Positions 36,981 through 48,830 of a DNA stretch of 64,000 bases are shown one piece after another. The DNA lies in contig JAHRHZ010000029.1 of the NCBI GenBank assembly GCA_024137785.1, positions 21,480,262 to 21,544,261 of the forward strand, read 5' to 3'. A program made the translations under genes and the position numbers. Below the pieces are notes generated by a model, which was given only the letters and a program-made list of their open reading frames with translations, was not told the origin of the DNA and searched no databases. Numbering within the stretch: the stretch's first letter is position 1; each line of letters opens with the position of its first letter. This stretch comes from Ginglymostoma cirratum (taxonomy: Eukaryota).

Positions 36981-39324
36981 CACTCCCGCACATATTCATC
37001 CTCTCTCTCTCATACATTCATTGTCACAAAATACCAACAAGAGGGAGATCAGATCAGGATGCTCCGTGCTTCCCTCCCCATCCTACTCAACATTCCACTT
37101 ACCATTAGGCAGAATTTATTTTTGATCTTGATTTTTTTTTGTTATTGTGTTGCATATGGACAGTTCAAATAAAAAAAATCAGGAACAAGTTACATTATTG
37201 ATGTGGAAATACAAGAGCATTCAATGTATAACACAGGTTATATGGCATTGGGATTTGACTTTTGTAGTCAACGTAGAGAAATAATAAAGTGAGAGAGCAG
37301 GAGAGAAACCAAACAGTAATAGTTTCAACCAAAGTGGTCCATTATGCAACCTGACATGAACAAATAACACAAGAACAATGCTAACATCATCTTAATAATT
37401 CAGAGGTAACTGTACTAGAGCAAAATAAGAAAATTAAAAACTCAAGACAGACCTAATCATCATTCTGCCAAACATTTCAATTGCCCATGGGCAAGAATAT
37501 GCTGTAACAATAGTGGGCCTGTGCCTGCACGTCACATGTGGAGCATGGCCGAGCATAGATATGGACTACATCCAGAATTCACTCTGGCCAGCAAAACAAA
37601 TGGTACTACAAACTTAGGTCCTGACTCCAAGACAACATGATCTCAAGCACTGGAGTTTTGTCCTTAAGTGGAGTGTAACGCCATAAGTCAAACACCCACA
37701 CTCGCTTGTTAGTGAACACATTATGCTAAGTGTAAGGAAGCCTCTGGAGCCCGGAATGGGCCAGACTCCGTGACGGTATGGGCCCCAATCATTAGGACCG
37801 CTTCTTAGGCCCTGCTGTAATTAGCACAACATAGAAGAGACTGAAAAGATCAGTAATTTTGAGTAGATTTTGCACAGATTTGGTGAAAAGCTTTAATTAC
37901 AATAAAAAGTAAGAAAGCAAACAATTCCTTTTTTAATGCTTCTTAGTCTTGGACTCCTCTCCACAATAAAAATCAGACTATTTAAATGCTTAGAAAGAGT
38001 TTTGGGACCTTTCAGAAAAATGTGATAAAACACGATATAAGTGAAAGTCTGTTATTTTTAAATTGATGGGCCATGTCACATGATAAATGTAGTACATGGA
38101 GAAGAGGTAAGAAAATAATCAGTCAGGATTTCACCCGCCCCATAGACTAATAGTCTGCTGGCACTCAGCTGTCTTAAATTCGTGGCACCATAATTGTAGC
38201 AGAAGCAGCAACCTTCAAACAGCAAAAGCAAATTTGAGGGAGGGGAGGCAGAACAGAACTTTGTTTCATCTTTGAATGGAAGAGCTTCATTAAGTCACAA
38301 AACATAAAAGCAAAATATATTTTTAAAGAACAGATCAAATTTTTTTAAAAATTGGTAAATGCTCTAGCTCTTGTCATGTTGTGTTCATACAAAAAGAACA
38401 ACAGTGAAAATTGTGGGTGGCAAAACTTTCTTTTCCCAAGCCTACAATGAAACCTTAGCATGTGGTAATCTCATGCTGACTATTCCAAAAAAGGCACAGA
38501 GGAATGCACATGTGCAGGAAGTATAAGGATATTTCTGTTTTGAAACACCAGAGTTAAATCTAAAAATTGAAACATACTTTGAAAGTCATTTTAACCATAA
38601 AATTTAAGGTTCTTGAGCAAACAAAGTCTTTTCTTTCATCAAAGCTTCCCATAGAAATCTACTTTTTTAACAAATTTCTTGTGTGTTTATATAAATAAAT
38701 TGTCTGAAGTTCTGAATAGTTTGTGTGGTTCAGAATGCCTAGTGAAAAGTTTTAAATAGATAGCTAAAGATAACTAATACAAACCTCCTTTTAAAGTTAT
38801 AAAACTGATGAACAAACCACAGCCTGCCCTACAAACAATACCAATGTTTTAATGAACATCATTTAATTTCACATCTCAATGCCACAGAACATCTTCAAAT
38901 CATGGGAATAACTTATCAGTAACACCAAAATTAAAATGGTAGAATAAAATAAGTTGTGAAAATACAGATGTGAAAAAAAAAATCTGAATGACACAGTTTC
39001 CAATCCTTCCCCTGCTCCCTTTTTGTTGATTAGTCCTTGCAACATTCTTCTTGAGCAAACAAGGATGGCTTGTCTGTCTGGGGACAGAAAGCAGCTAAAC
39101 TTTGATGTCTTCTTCTAAGGCCTGTGCATCACATGCCTCTGTTTGTTGATTCTCAAACTACTTTAGATGTTTTTTGTCCCATGATAACAATCATTAAAAG
39201 GTCTGCATAAAATTCATTGATTGAATGACACTTCTTGAATCAACGGTATTTGTAGTGAGTGAGAGGATTCATGTGATTTGGAAGAGGTTAAAAAAGGAGA
39301 AGCCAATGTTACACTACCTCTTAA

Positions 39325-39577
39325 AATAAAACAAATAACTGCAAATGTTAGAGATTTGAAACAAAAATGAAGTGCTGAAGAAGCTCAGCAGGTCTAGCAG
39401 CATCTGTAGAGAGAAATACAAAGTTAACTTTTTGAGTCCAGTGATCCTGCATCAAAACTGGGTCTTTGTCAGTTCTGACAGAGGATCACTGGACTCAAAA
39501 TGTTAACTGTGTTTTTCTCTCTACAGATGCTGCCAGACTTGGCTGTATTTCTCCAGCACTTTTTGTTTTTGTTTCAT
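39325..39577. mobile_element. Fold-back pair of PLE terminal repeats, each arm with a decayed hammerhead
   Basis: Arms about 39360-39460 and 39470-39577; GTTAACTTTTTGAGTCCAGTGATCC versus GGATCACTGGACTCAAAATGTTAAC. Confidence 0.8.
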
Positions 39578-39647
39578 TAGCTCTGTTATATTGTGTGGTG
39601 ATAAACTTGGTTACTTTTGAGAAGACTTATATTTTCATCCAAAACAT

Positions 39648-39775
39648 TAGAACATAGCTAATAGACACAGGTATAAGCCATTTGACTCTTCAAACTGGTT
39701 TTGCCATTCAAAAAGATCACGGCTGATCCAATTGTGGACTCCAGCCTCATAACTCCTTTCTAAGTCTAAACTCTT
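39648..39775 (-). mobile_element. CR1 3' tail fragment
   Basis: TAGAACATAG..AGGTATAAGCCATTTG..GCCATTCAAAAAGATCACGGCTGATC. Confidence 0.65.
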
Positions 39776-41688
39776 GGGCTGAATTTTCCTATTTTTAGTT
39801 AAGTGTTTTGTCAACTGAGATTAATGGTGCCCGATCCATCATGGCTCTAAGCGACTTTCCTCACGCAATCTTCTGCTCTTTATCTCATTTATTATATATC
39901 CAGGCTCTACATTGTCCATCTCAGGAATCACATCGCAGAAAAGCCAGAAGTGTTCTCCAATGCCAGGACCTTCCGGCTTTCATACTGCTGATGTCATTTT
40001 AAAGCCCAGATCACCACTACCTAGAGACTACTGGAGGCCAGAAACTGGTCCTTACACTGTATTTTTCAAACATGATGACGAAGGACATGCCTCACAAAGG
40101 AAAGCTGGCATCTACTTTACCAACACAGACGTGGAGGTTCTGCATAATGGAGAGGATAGCAATGCATTATTCTGCTCACCACTGCGGGAGACCACACTAC
40201 TCGACCTAATCAACTTGGACTGAGCCAGAAGCCTGGAAGAGTGCTCCATTATGGGTAAAAAGGAATGGTGCAGCATCACAGCAACAGGTCAGTGTTTTGC
40301 GGTACTTCACAAAAGTAAATATTAAAAAACCCTATGGGTTTTCTCCTCATCTTAAGTGCCATCATCATCTCTCTGCAACCCCATGCTCACAGGCTTCCAC
40401 CCACTCTAATGCTGCCACTGCATACACATCTCACTAAAGCTCATGAACTCCAACTTTCACTATTGCATGCATTGAGTTCACTCAATGGCTCTTGCCCACC
40501 TCATGCTACCAACCCTACCTGCCCTCTGTGATGCCCACTCACTCTCTTGGGACATCTCAGAACCTCTGTTACACCTGCTTCACCACCAACAATTCTACAA
40601 CCCGCTTCCATCATTCTCAATTCTTCCTTCTGCCTCATTGCAAGAAAATCTGTCCCATCCACTAGACATGAGTGATGTCTTCACAGCATCAGCCAGAAGT
40701 ACCTGTAATCCTCACACTGCTTGCATGACCCGCAGGACTGACTATGATCCAGTCCTTGGACAGCAAGGACACAGTTCCTCAGACTTTGGTAGGAGCAAGC
40801 ATCTGATGGAATGTGGCCAACCCCCGGACCAGAATCAGACAAGGCCCTTGATAGACTGTGGTGGCATCCCCTGACTGACAGTTGTCCCCTTTAATCCACT
40901 ATCAACTGTTCACTTTGTTTCTTACACATGGTGAAGCGCATTTCGTGTGATTGCCATGTATACTGCTGTTACCTGCTGTAGGTGTGAAATTGACGTAGCA
41001 CAGTACCACTGAATGCCATATCTCTCCCCTTGACTGTTCAATGATCCCTAGGCTGTCTGCCTCTCTCTCTATATTAAAAAGATACAAGCTCCAAATAAAT
41101 ACATTGTGAGATATAGCTAAGAAATAATGTGAAAAGCCATAAAATGCATTCTGTTTAGATGCATGAGATGTATTTTTGTATCTGCACACAAAGTGACCTT
41201 GCAAAAGCATGCAAGTTCTAGGTGTCCCTAAGGTCCAAAGTAAAAAGTGAAGAGCTGAATTGGTGCAAAAGTTGGTCCAACAGCAGGCATGATAATGTGG
41301 TGAGGTTGGTGGTTTGCCAATGCTAACTTGAATGGGCAAAGGATGGAGGATGGTGCCCATGGAGCATGCAGGCTCAAAGAAGTACAGGTTAGGTAGACTG
41401 GCCATGCCGAATTGCCCATTGTGTCTAGGGATGTGCAGACTAGATGGATTAGCCATGGGAAAGTCAGGGTTACAGGGATAGGGTAGGGGAGTGGGTCTGA
41501 GTGATACGTTTTTTGGAGGGTTAGTGTGGGCTCAATGGGATGAATGGTCTGCTTCCTCATTATAGAGAATCAATGATTCTATTCAATATTCTATATTATA
41601 GTGACACAGTTGGATGAAGGCCAGTAAAGCATTCAGTGAGCTACAGCCAGCATGTACTCATACTGACTTACAAGGCAGAATTTCTGCC
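39776..41688 (+). mobile_element. Harbinger-like element with Myb/SANT remnant (about 40085-40320)
   Basis: Starts GGGCTGAATTTTCC, ends AGAATTTCTGCC; internal RKAGIYFTNTDVEVLH..NALF similar to the 36770 remnant. Confidence 0.5.
41395..41592 (+). mobile_element. HE1-type SINE 3' half
   Basis: GGCCATGCCGAATTGCCCATTGTGTC..GATGTGCAG..TGGATTAGCCATGGG..GAATGGTCTGCTTCC..GATTCTAT. Confidence 0.75.
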
Positions 41689-41754
41689 ACCTATATTTTC
41701 AAAGAAGGAAAGGAGAATTGGAATTGGCCTAGAAATGGGCACGTTGAGGATTTG

Positions 41755-42180
41755 ACGAGATGGAAATTTGTAGAATTCTCCTCGGAGCAGAGAAGATTAA
41801 GAAGTGACCTTATTGGAGTGTTCAGAACTCTGAACAATTTTTACAAGGTAAGAAAAGATATTCTATTTCCACTAGTTGATATGTCAGTAACGCCGAGTCA
41901 CAATTTCAAGACTGTCAGCAAGAGAACTAGGGGTGAGATGAGGAGAAACTTCATGACTCAGAGTTGTTAGGATTTGGAATGCTTTGCCTGGGAGAGTGGT
42001 AGGGGCAGATTCCATACAAGGTTTCAAAAGAGGGCTGGGCACATGTTTGAAAATGATGAATTTAAAAGGCTACAGAGATAGGGCTAGAGAATAGGATTAG
42101 CTGGGTAGCTGTTTAGGAGCTGATATGGATAGGAGATGCCAAATGTCATCCTTCACTACTGTACACTTCTCTGATTCTAT
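41755..42180 (+). mobile_element. CR1 LINE 3' end
   Basis: FSSEQRRLRSDLIGVFRTLNNF..LFPLV..HNFK..RGEMRRNFMTQ; tail TTCTCTGATTCTAT. Confidence 0.85.
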
Positions 42181-42329
42181 AAATTATTTGCCACTCAATA
42201 GCAAGATTCTGAAGTCATTGTTTAAAGTTTAAGGGGAAATCAGGATCATTTTTCTCAACATTGAGATTCTGAGTGTTTCATTCTCATTGCATTTTCCCAA
42301 GTTTCTTGCAATAGCCCATGCTACTCAGG

Positions 42330-42621
42330 GATGTTTCGGGCCTAGACCCTTCATCAGAAATGCAGAGATTATGAGAGAGTTGCAGTGGGAGAGAGATTCC
42401 CTGAGGTTTGTCCGGAGGGAGGAGGGTAACTTCTTCAGGGTAGGCATCCTTAGAAGAGGCTTCGCAGTGGGGTTAAAATTGTATCAGAGATAAAAGGTAC
42501 TGCAGATGCTGGAGAATCCGAGATAACAAGCATGGGGCTGGATGAACACAGCAGGTCAAGTAGCATCATAGGAGCAGGAAAACTTGACGTTTCGGGCCTA
42601 GACCCTTCATCAGAAATGCAG
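42330..42621 (-). mobile_element. Mini PLE derivative: hammerhead, terminal repeat, putative ORF start, second hammerhead
   Basis: 36-bp direct repeats 42330-42365 and 42586-42621 (1 mismatch), each containing CTGATGA-A-GGGTCTAGGCCC-GAAAC-(G/A)TC on the minus strand; interior reads MPTLKKLPSSLRTNLRESLSHCNS. Confidence 0.8.
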
Positions 42622-43147
42622 CATTTTGGCAGCAGCCAACACAATTTCAACCAATTCTTTGTTTTTACATTATGTTACTGGTTGTTGTTAAACTCTTACT
42701 TCCTTCATGGAGGTTCTTTTCTTTTCAAATGCACGGAAAATAAAACTATGGAACAATCTTAGAGAATTTGCTACCACAGGAGGATTTGCAATTCTGATTA
42801 GAAGAATTCTTAGTGGTAAGATCAGGTGACATTCAGACCATGTGACATCTTCAACGTTTTGAGGGGTTTGCCCTAGTTAAGTTTCTTTCATCATGGTTTC
42901 ACTGAGCTGCTGTTGTGACAGAAACTCAGAATCAGGAAGCCACCTGTATGCAAGAAAAGGGGAACTGAGCAAGGGCGAGAGAGGAAGCCAAAGTTAAGGG
43001 AGCAACTCAGAGGGAAAAGCAAAGAAGGGAGGACCTTTAATTCTGTCAGTAACTCAAAATGAATCTCTTGAAACCGAATCAATATCCATTATAGAAATAC
43101 TCCTTCTCTTATAGCCAATGGAATACAGTAACGTTTGTATTTACAGT

Positions 43148-43288
43148 GATAACAAGGCGTAGAGCTGGATGAACACGGCAGGCCAAGCAGCATCAGAGGA
43201 GCAGGAAGGTTGACGTTTCGGGCCTAGACCTGCTCCTCTGATGCTGCTTGGCCTGCTGTGTTCATCCAGCTCTACACCTTGTTACCTC
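43148..43288. mobile_element. Young fold-back PLE terminal-repeat insertion with TSD
   Basis: About 56-bp inverted arms 43150-43205 and 43229-43284; perfect flanking duplication TTTGTATTTACAGTGAT at 43134-43150 and 43289-43305. Confidence 0.88.
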
Positions 43289-43569
43289 TTTGTATTTACA
43301 GTGATTCTTCAACTGCTAATGTGCACTCCGAAATCATTGGTAGAGTCAACCTTGACTTCACAACGGGTGGTTGGGTTCCCTGGTTGATGGCACTGTTAAC
43401 AGCTGTAGTGCCAAAATCGAAAAATCTAGTTATGGAATAAACCATGAATGACTGGAGGCAGCTAACTCCTATTTTATGTATTTGGGATACTGATTTTTAA
43501 CACTATAGTTAAAAAATCTCTGGTGTAGAAAGAGATATCTCTGTTGTTTGTCTGAATTAATTTATATTT

Positions 43570-43720
43570 TTCCTTTAAATTGGGTCAAAACCTTAACACT
43601 CTTGTCGGGGAACTTCCCCACATCGGCTGTAGTTGTTTAAGAAGATGTGTAAATACTTTGTTTTCAAGGGTAATTATGGATAGACAATAAGTGCTTGATT
43701 GCTAGCTATGTTTACATCTC
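43570..43720 (+). mobile_element. Degraded CR1/L2-type LINE 3' tail
   Basis: GGGTCAAAACC..TTTAAGAAG..TTCAAGGGTAATTATGGATAGACAATAAGTGC. Confidence 0.45.
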
Positions 43721-44499
43721 AAACAAATATAAAGGAAGCTTTAAAAGAAAGTATAGATATTTTGAATGTGCACTCCTAACGGGGAGCATGTGCCCAGGGT
43801 GCACATAAAGAGTTTGGGCTTGAGGTGTGTGCCTTGTAACATATTATTAACATACAATAAGGACATGGAAACATCCATCATGTTCCAGTGCACTGAAATC
43901 CAGATAAGATGCTGAATTTCTCAGTACATTTTATTATTGTCATACCATAACTATTACATGCTGTCTTAGATCTAAACTCATCTAAAAAAAATCTAATGTT
44001 GGAATATCATCCTGGAGCCTGAAATTTCCAAGGAATGTTACCGACTTCTGACTTCACAAATTTAAAATTATTTACATTCCCATTGGGAACACTCAAGCAG
44101 TATTCTTAAGGAGACAGAGTTAGGGTACAAACATTACAGTGGACAGACCACTATCCACTTTAAAATATAGTTATTCTGGGCAGCCGGCTCTTCTCAGTCC
44201 ACAACTCCTTTATATTTTTTCGTGTGGCCACACACCCTCACGGTTTATCTGGAATCACTGTTCCAGATTACTCATGAGCAATGCCAAAGGTGACTCAGTA
44301 GAATCATTAATCCTTTTTCTCAGGATGTTAACTACAAAGTTCAAATATACCAAACAACAAAAAGCCAGAACTTTAACTTTGTATTTAATGACATAATTGT
44401 TTCAGCATATTTGTTAGCAGGGCAATGACTAATGCTAAGTTACTCAGCTCATTAGACATATGAAAAAGCTTACTTGAAGCTCAACAGAATTAAACATAA

Positions 44500-44661
44500 N
44501 NNNNNNNNNNNNNNNNNNNNNNNNNNNNNNNNNNNNNNNNNNNNNNNNNNNNNNNNNNNNNNNNNNNNNNNNNNNNNNNNNNNNNNNNNNNNNNNNNNNN
44601 NNNNNNNNNNNNNNNNNNNNNNNNNNNNNNNNNNNNNNNNNNNNNNNNNNNNNNNNNNNNN
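44500..44661. other. Assembly gap (162 N)
   Basis: Run of N. Confidence 1.
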
Positions 44662-47600
44662 TGAACGATTATGAAATTGAGCCAAATAGCTAAGTGTGGT
44701 CCTGAGTGTGATCTTCACTGATGAATTATTTGATCCCAGCTGACCTTTACTTGGTCTTAGTTGCAACTTGTTGAAAATAAACACAAGTTCTCTAGTAATG
44801 TAGATCACAGGGATACGCCAATGATTTTTCCAACTCCAAGATATTCCTATTCAATTACACGTCAATTTGCTTTTCATGACATCTGAATCATAATCATTTA
44901 ATTTTATCAGTTGGACTCAGTCCACAATTTAAAAAGTACAACACATCAGAACAAACCAAATGTGTTACTAGGAGAATAAAATATACATGTTTAGCATACT
45001 TTGGGCACTCTAATCGAAAGGAAGTCACTACTAGCAAAACTGAGGAACTAAAGGGTTAAAACCAAGAGGCCATTATTAGTAGATTGTGTTGAAATCTTCC
45101 TGTTGGGAGTTCCTTTGAGAAAGAGTGGAAAAGGAACAGTATTAATAGCTGCTGCCTTGCTGCATTTTCCCACAGGCCTGGACAGGATCTTCAGATCAGC
45201 TCTGCATTATGAAAAGGCGACCCGAACCTAAAAGCACAGTGGAAATAATGCAGGGCCTCATGTAGAGGAAGCACAATGTTCTCAGAAAAAGGTCCAGTTA
45301 GGTGCAGATGGGCTCTGATCTTCAGCTTCCTTACAAAGTCTACTAAATATTTACGTCTAGGTAATTACTTTACGAGACTTTTGCTGCAAAAACTTTTCAT
45401 TTTCATGCTGATCTAAAATAACTTTGTAAGCAACCCTCATTATTTGACTTAAATGACACAAAAATATTTAAAGGGAAGAAATTTACTATTCCTGCAATTT
45501 TTGTGTCCTGTAACTAGCATCCAGCCAAAACCCTAATGGAGAAAAACTTTTTTGTTTACACCATGTTAGGTACTTTGCTTTATCAGAAGTTAACATGTTG
45601 AGCGTTACTGATTGAAAGTTTCACAAAATGCAGAACATAAATTTCAACTTCGACACAGTAAACAGCTCAAGCTGTAGCATAAAAATGCAGGAATTCATTG
45701 AAAGAATGACTTAACAAGTGTCATAATTAAAGAATGGAGCATTCCTAATTTCATCAGGTTGCAAATTTGACTTGAGACAGATAGTGCTTGCTGAATGAGG
45801 ACATGATTCTGGGGCTGACTGCTTTGTAGGGTTGAACTAAAATGACCTCTCACAATAAGTGTAATTAAAAGATTTAGTCAGTGCACAGACTGGAGCCAAT
45901 GGTTTTCATTGATCCATGAGATGCATTCCGCTACTGCTTATGGTCTATGCAATGGAAGGTTAGTGCTCAGCTTCTCTCTATAAGAGGGTGGTAATTTCAC
46001 CGTAACAGAACTCTAACTCCATTCAGTTGCAAAGTAAGTCGTCTGAGGCACTGATGGCCTTTTATGAATTGATTTGTCCTACTGCAAGATTCACATTGAT
46101 AAGTATTAGTTTAGCACAGAATGTGTCACAAATTACATGTGAACTCTTTTTGGTATCTCTGGTAAAGTATCGGGGTACCTGAATGCATTTGCCTATCTGA
46201 AACAATTTAAATATGATATAAAAACAAGCTGTTTTATTCCAGTCTTGCAATACTCAACACGGGACAAAACAACAGTCTAACTACTAAATTAACTTAGTTA
46301 ATTCTAGGAAATCTAAAACACTAAGATAAAATTACAAGTTAAACAATTTTTTTGGAGAGTTATTTATAAAGGTAACTTGATCAATATCAGATCACAACTC
46401 ACACTTCACTGGAGCAACTTCTTTCTGAATTGTAGATTGAAAGGCAACAATAAATATGTGCATATTTTAACTTAAGGTTGGGTTTATGGTGGACCAAAAA
46501 TTTATTTTGAATAAAATCTTTGTAAAGATAAACTAGCACGGTTTTTCTATGAGAGATTACCTACTATTTAGTACATTTAACAAAAAAAAGACAATCTGGA
46601 AGGACACTAGCGCTCTTCAAATATTTAATTTATATGAAAAACCCTGTTGCCTCATTAATCTGTCAATTTTTCAATGACAGTGACCTAAAGCTTCCATGAT
46701 TATGTTGTTTTCCTTAGTCCAGTTTCCTCAGTATCAACGTAATTCATGCGAACACCACAGAATTTTAAGTGCAAATTGTGCAGTATAATCAAATTTTGCA
46801 ATCTTTTGCACCAGTTTAAAAACATTATGCCAGAGGCAAGTCCTGCCCATAAAAGCTAGCCACACAACCAGGGTGCATTAATCCCCATTGGTAGTTTCTA
46901 TTACTTGTACGCTGGCCTTTGAGGAAGCTCCAAAAATTAAGCTAGAACATTTTGGTACAAAGGCACCACAGGCTCTTTTATTTTATGGAGGATTTGATTT
47001 TTCTTTCCTTTGTTCCTGAACAAACCCACTGAATATCAAAATGTAACTAAGAAATTGCTTTGCTTACTTTCAAGAAGTTATTTTCGGCAACTTAAAATTG
47101 GATTGTTCACAAATGGTGGGTTGCCACTCTGGTTTAAAATGTATTTTTTGTGTTAAACCCATTTTTAGTTGCATTATTAAACTTTACCTAATTACTGCTC
47201 CTAAATATATGGAAAAAACATATTTTAAAGCAACATTTAAAAAGTTTGTTTTCCAATATTGTTCTGATTATGGCTGATTTTACTTCCATGTGTGGATATT
47301 TGGGGAATACACAACTTTTCAAGGCTGATGAAATTTTTGATGCCTTTTTTTTGCCAAGACCTCATTTGCTCCTGAAGTGGAAACACTATGCCAATATGCT
47401 TTTGCTGCAAGCTGAATTTGGAGCTGGCACCTGTCCTAATATAGGCCAAAGGTACAATAAGCCTTTCTGGCAAATCAGGTCTTTTTGCACTTTTCCATAC
47501 AGTGAGACTGGATTTTCACTGTACAAACATGGTACCAATGCAAAGTTTGTCTTACACTGGTGCTAACTTCCTGAAATTCCATGGGTGGATTGGGGGGCTA

Positions 47601-47729
47601 GGAGTGCAATTGTCTTGATCTCCTGCCATAACTTTATTTGGTTTGTGGAATCCTGGGAGAAATGGTGATTGTTAAAGATGGCTATTTATGATGAGCCCTC
47701 TGCCTTTTGGACACCAATGTTGTTGTCGG

Positions 47730-47885
47730 AAGCCTGATAGATTCTTGATCAACAGGGCAATCGAGGGTGATGGGAAAACGCGAGAAAGTGGATGAAAGGA
47801 ATGTTGGATCAGCCATGATCCTATTGAATGGTGGAGCAGGCTTAAGGGGCCAAACAGCCTGCTCCTATTCCAATTTTTTATGGTT
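47730..47885 (+). mobile_element. CR1 3' UTR fragment
   Basis: GATAGATTCTTGATC..GATCAGCCATGATCCTATTGAATGGTGGAGCAGGC..GGGGCCAAACAGCCTGCTCCTATTCC. Confidence 0.8.
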
Positions 47886-48494
47886 CTGACAGGAGGTGGG
47901 GTAAATTGACACTGAATATTGAAATATTGCTCAATGATGTATGTATTATGATGTGGCCCTCTCCTTTTACTTAGTCCTCTATTTTCTTCTGCTCTCATTT
48001 CCATCACAGTTTTGACTTCAGATGTAATAGTTCCATTAGTACACAATAATCCCACATTCGTACCTCACTAAAATCTCTGGTTTTAACTTATGAGCTACAA
48101 CAATAAAATGTTGGCACACCTTTTTAAATTAAGGTACATCAGAACATAGCCTAGAGCTGATATTATTAAATGTCAACAACTGTGCCTTTTCCTTGCATAG
48201 ATTACATAGATAACAAATAGGAATGACAACTCTGACTGACTTATTGCCTTCTAGGCAAAAGATCATGAAGATAATATTATCTTGTCTCCATTGGTACTTT
48301 GTTAAAAACATTACTCTGATTTGATATTTAGAAAGCAATGTCATTTAGTAGTAACCTGAGCACTGAAGAAGATACATTTTGTCAGCGCTTTACATCTGAC
48401 TCTCATAGGACAATTTGTAAGAAATACCAAAGTAAACAGCAAACAAAATTCATACTATATGAGTGGTGAGTGTTTTTGGTTGTCAAGTGGACTC

Positions 48495-48830
48495 TCATAG
48501 AAACCATGCAGTGTAGAAAGAGGCCAATTAGACCAGTGAGTCTGCATTGACCCTCCAAACAGACTCCCACCTAGACCCTTTCACCCAACCTATCCCCATA
48601 ACCACACATTTACCATGGCTAATCCACCTAACGTGTGCATGCCTGGAAACAATGGAGTAATTTAGCATGGCCAATCCATCGAACCTGCGCATCTATGGAA
48701 TGTGGGAGGAAACTGATGTAGACTTGAAGAGAACATGTAACTCCATACAGATGGTTGCCTAAGGCTGGAATTGAATCTGGGTCCTAGCGCTGTGAGGCAG
48801 CAGTGCTAACCACGGTGTCACAGTGTCGTC
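48495..48830 (-). mobile_element. HE1-type V-SINE, diverged full-length copy
   Basis: Minus strand: CACCGTGGTTAGCACTGCTGCCTCACAGCGCTAGGACCCAGATTCAATTCC head; TTTCCTCCCACA; tail TGCATGGTTTCTATGA. Confidence 0.85.

Noticed and set aside
40902-41456. Longest ORF (184 aa) as a protein-coding gene
   Set aside because: Starts inside an antisense SINE, has no recognisable domain and no splice support.
44470-44808. ORFs spanning 44.5 kb
   Set aside because: Artefacts of the N gap.
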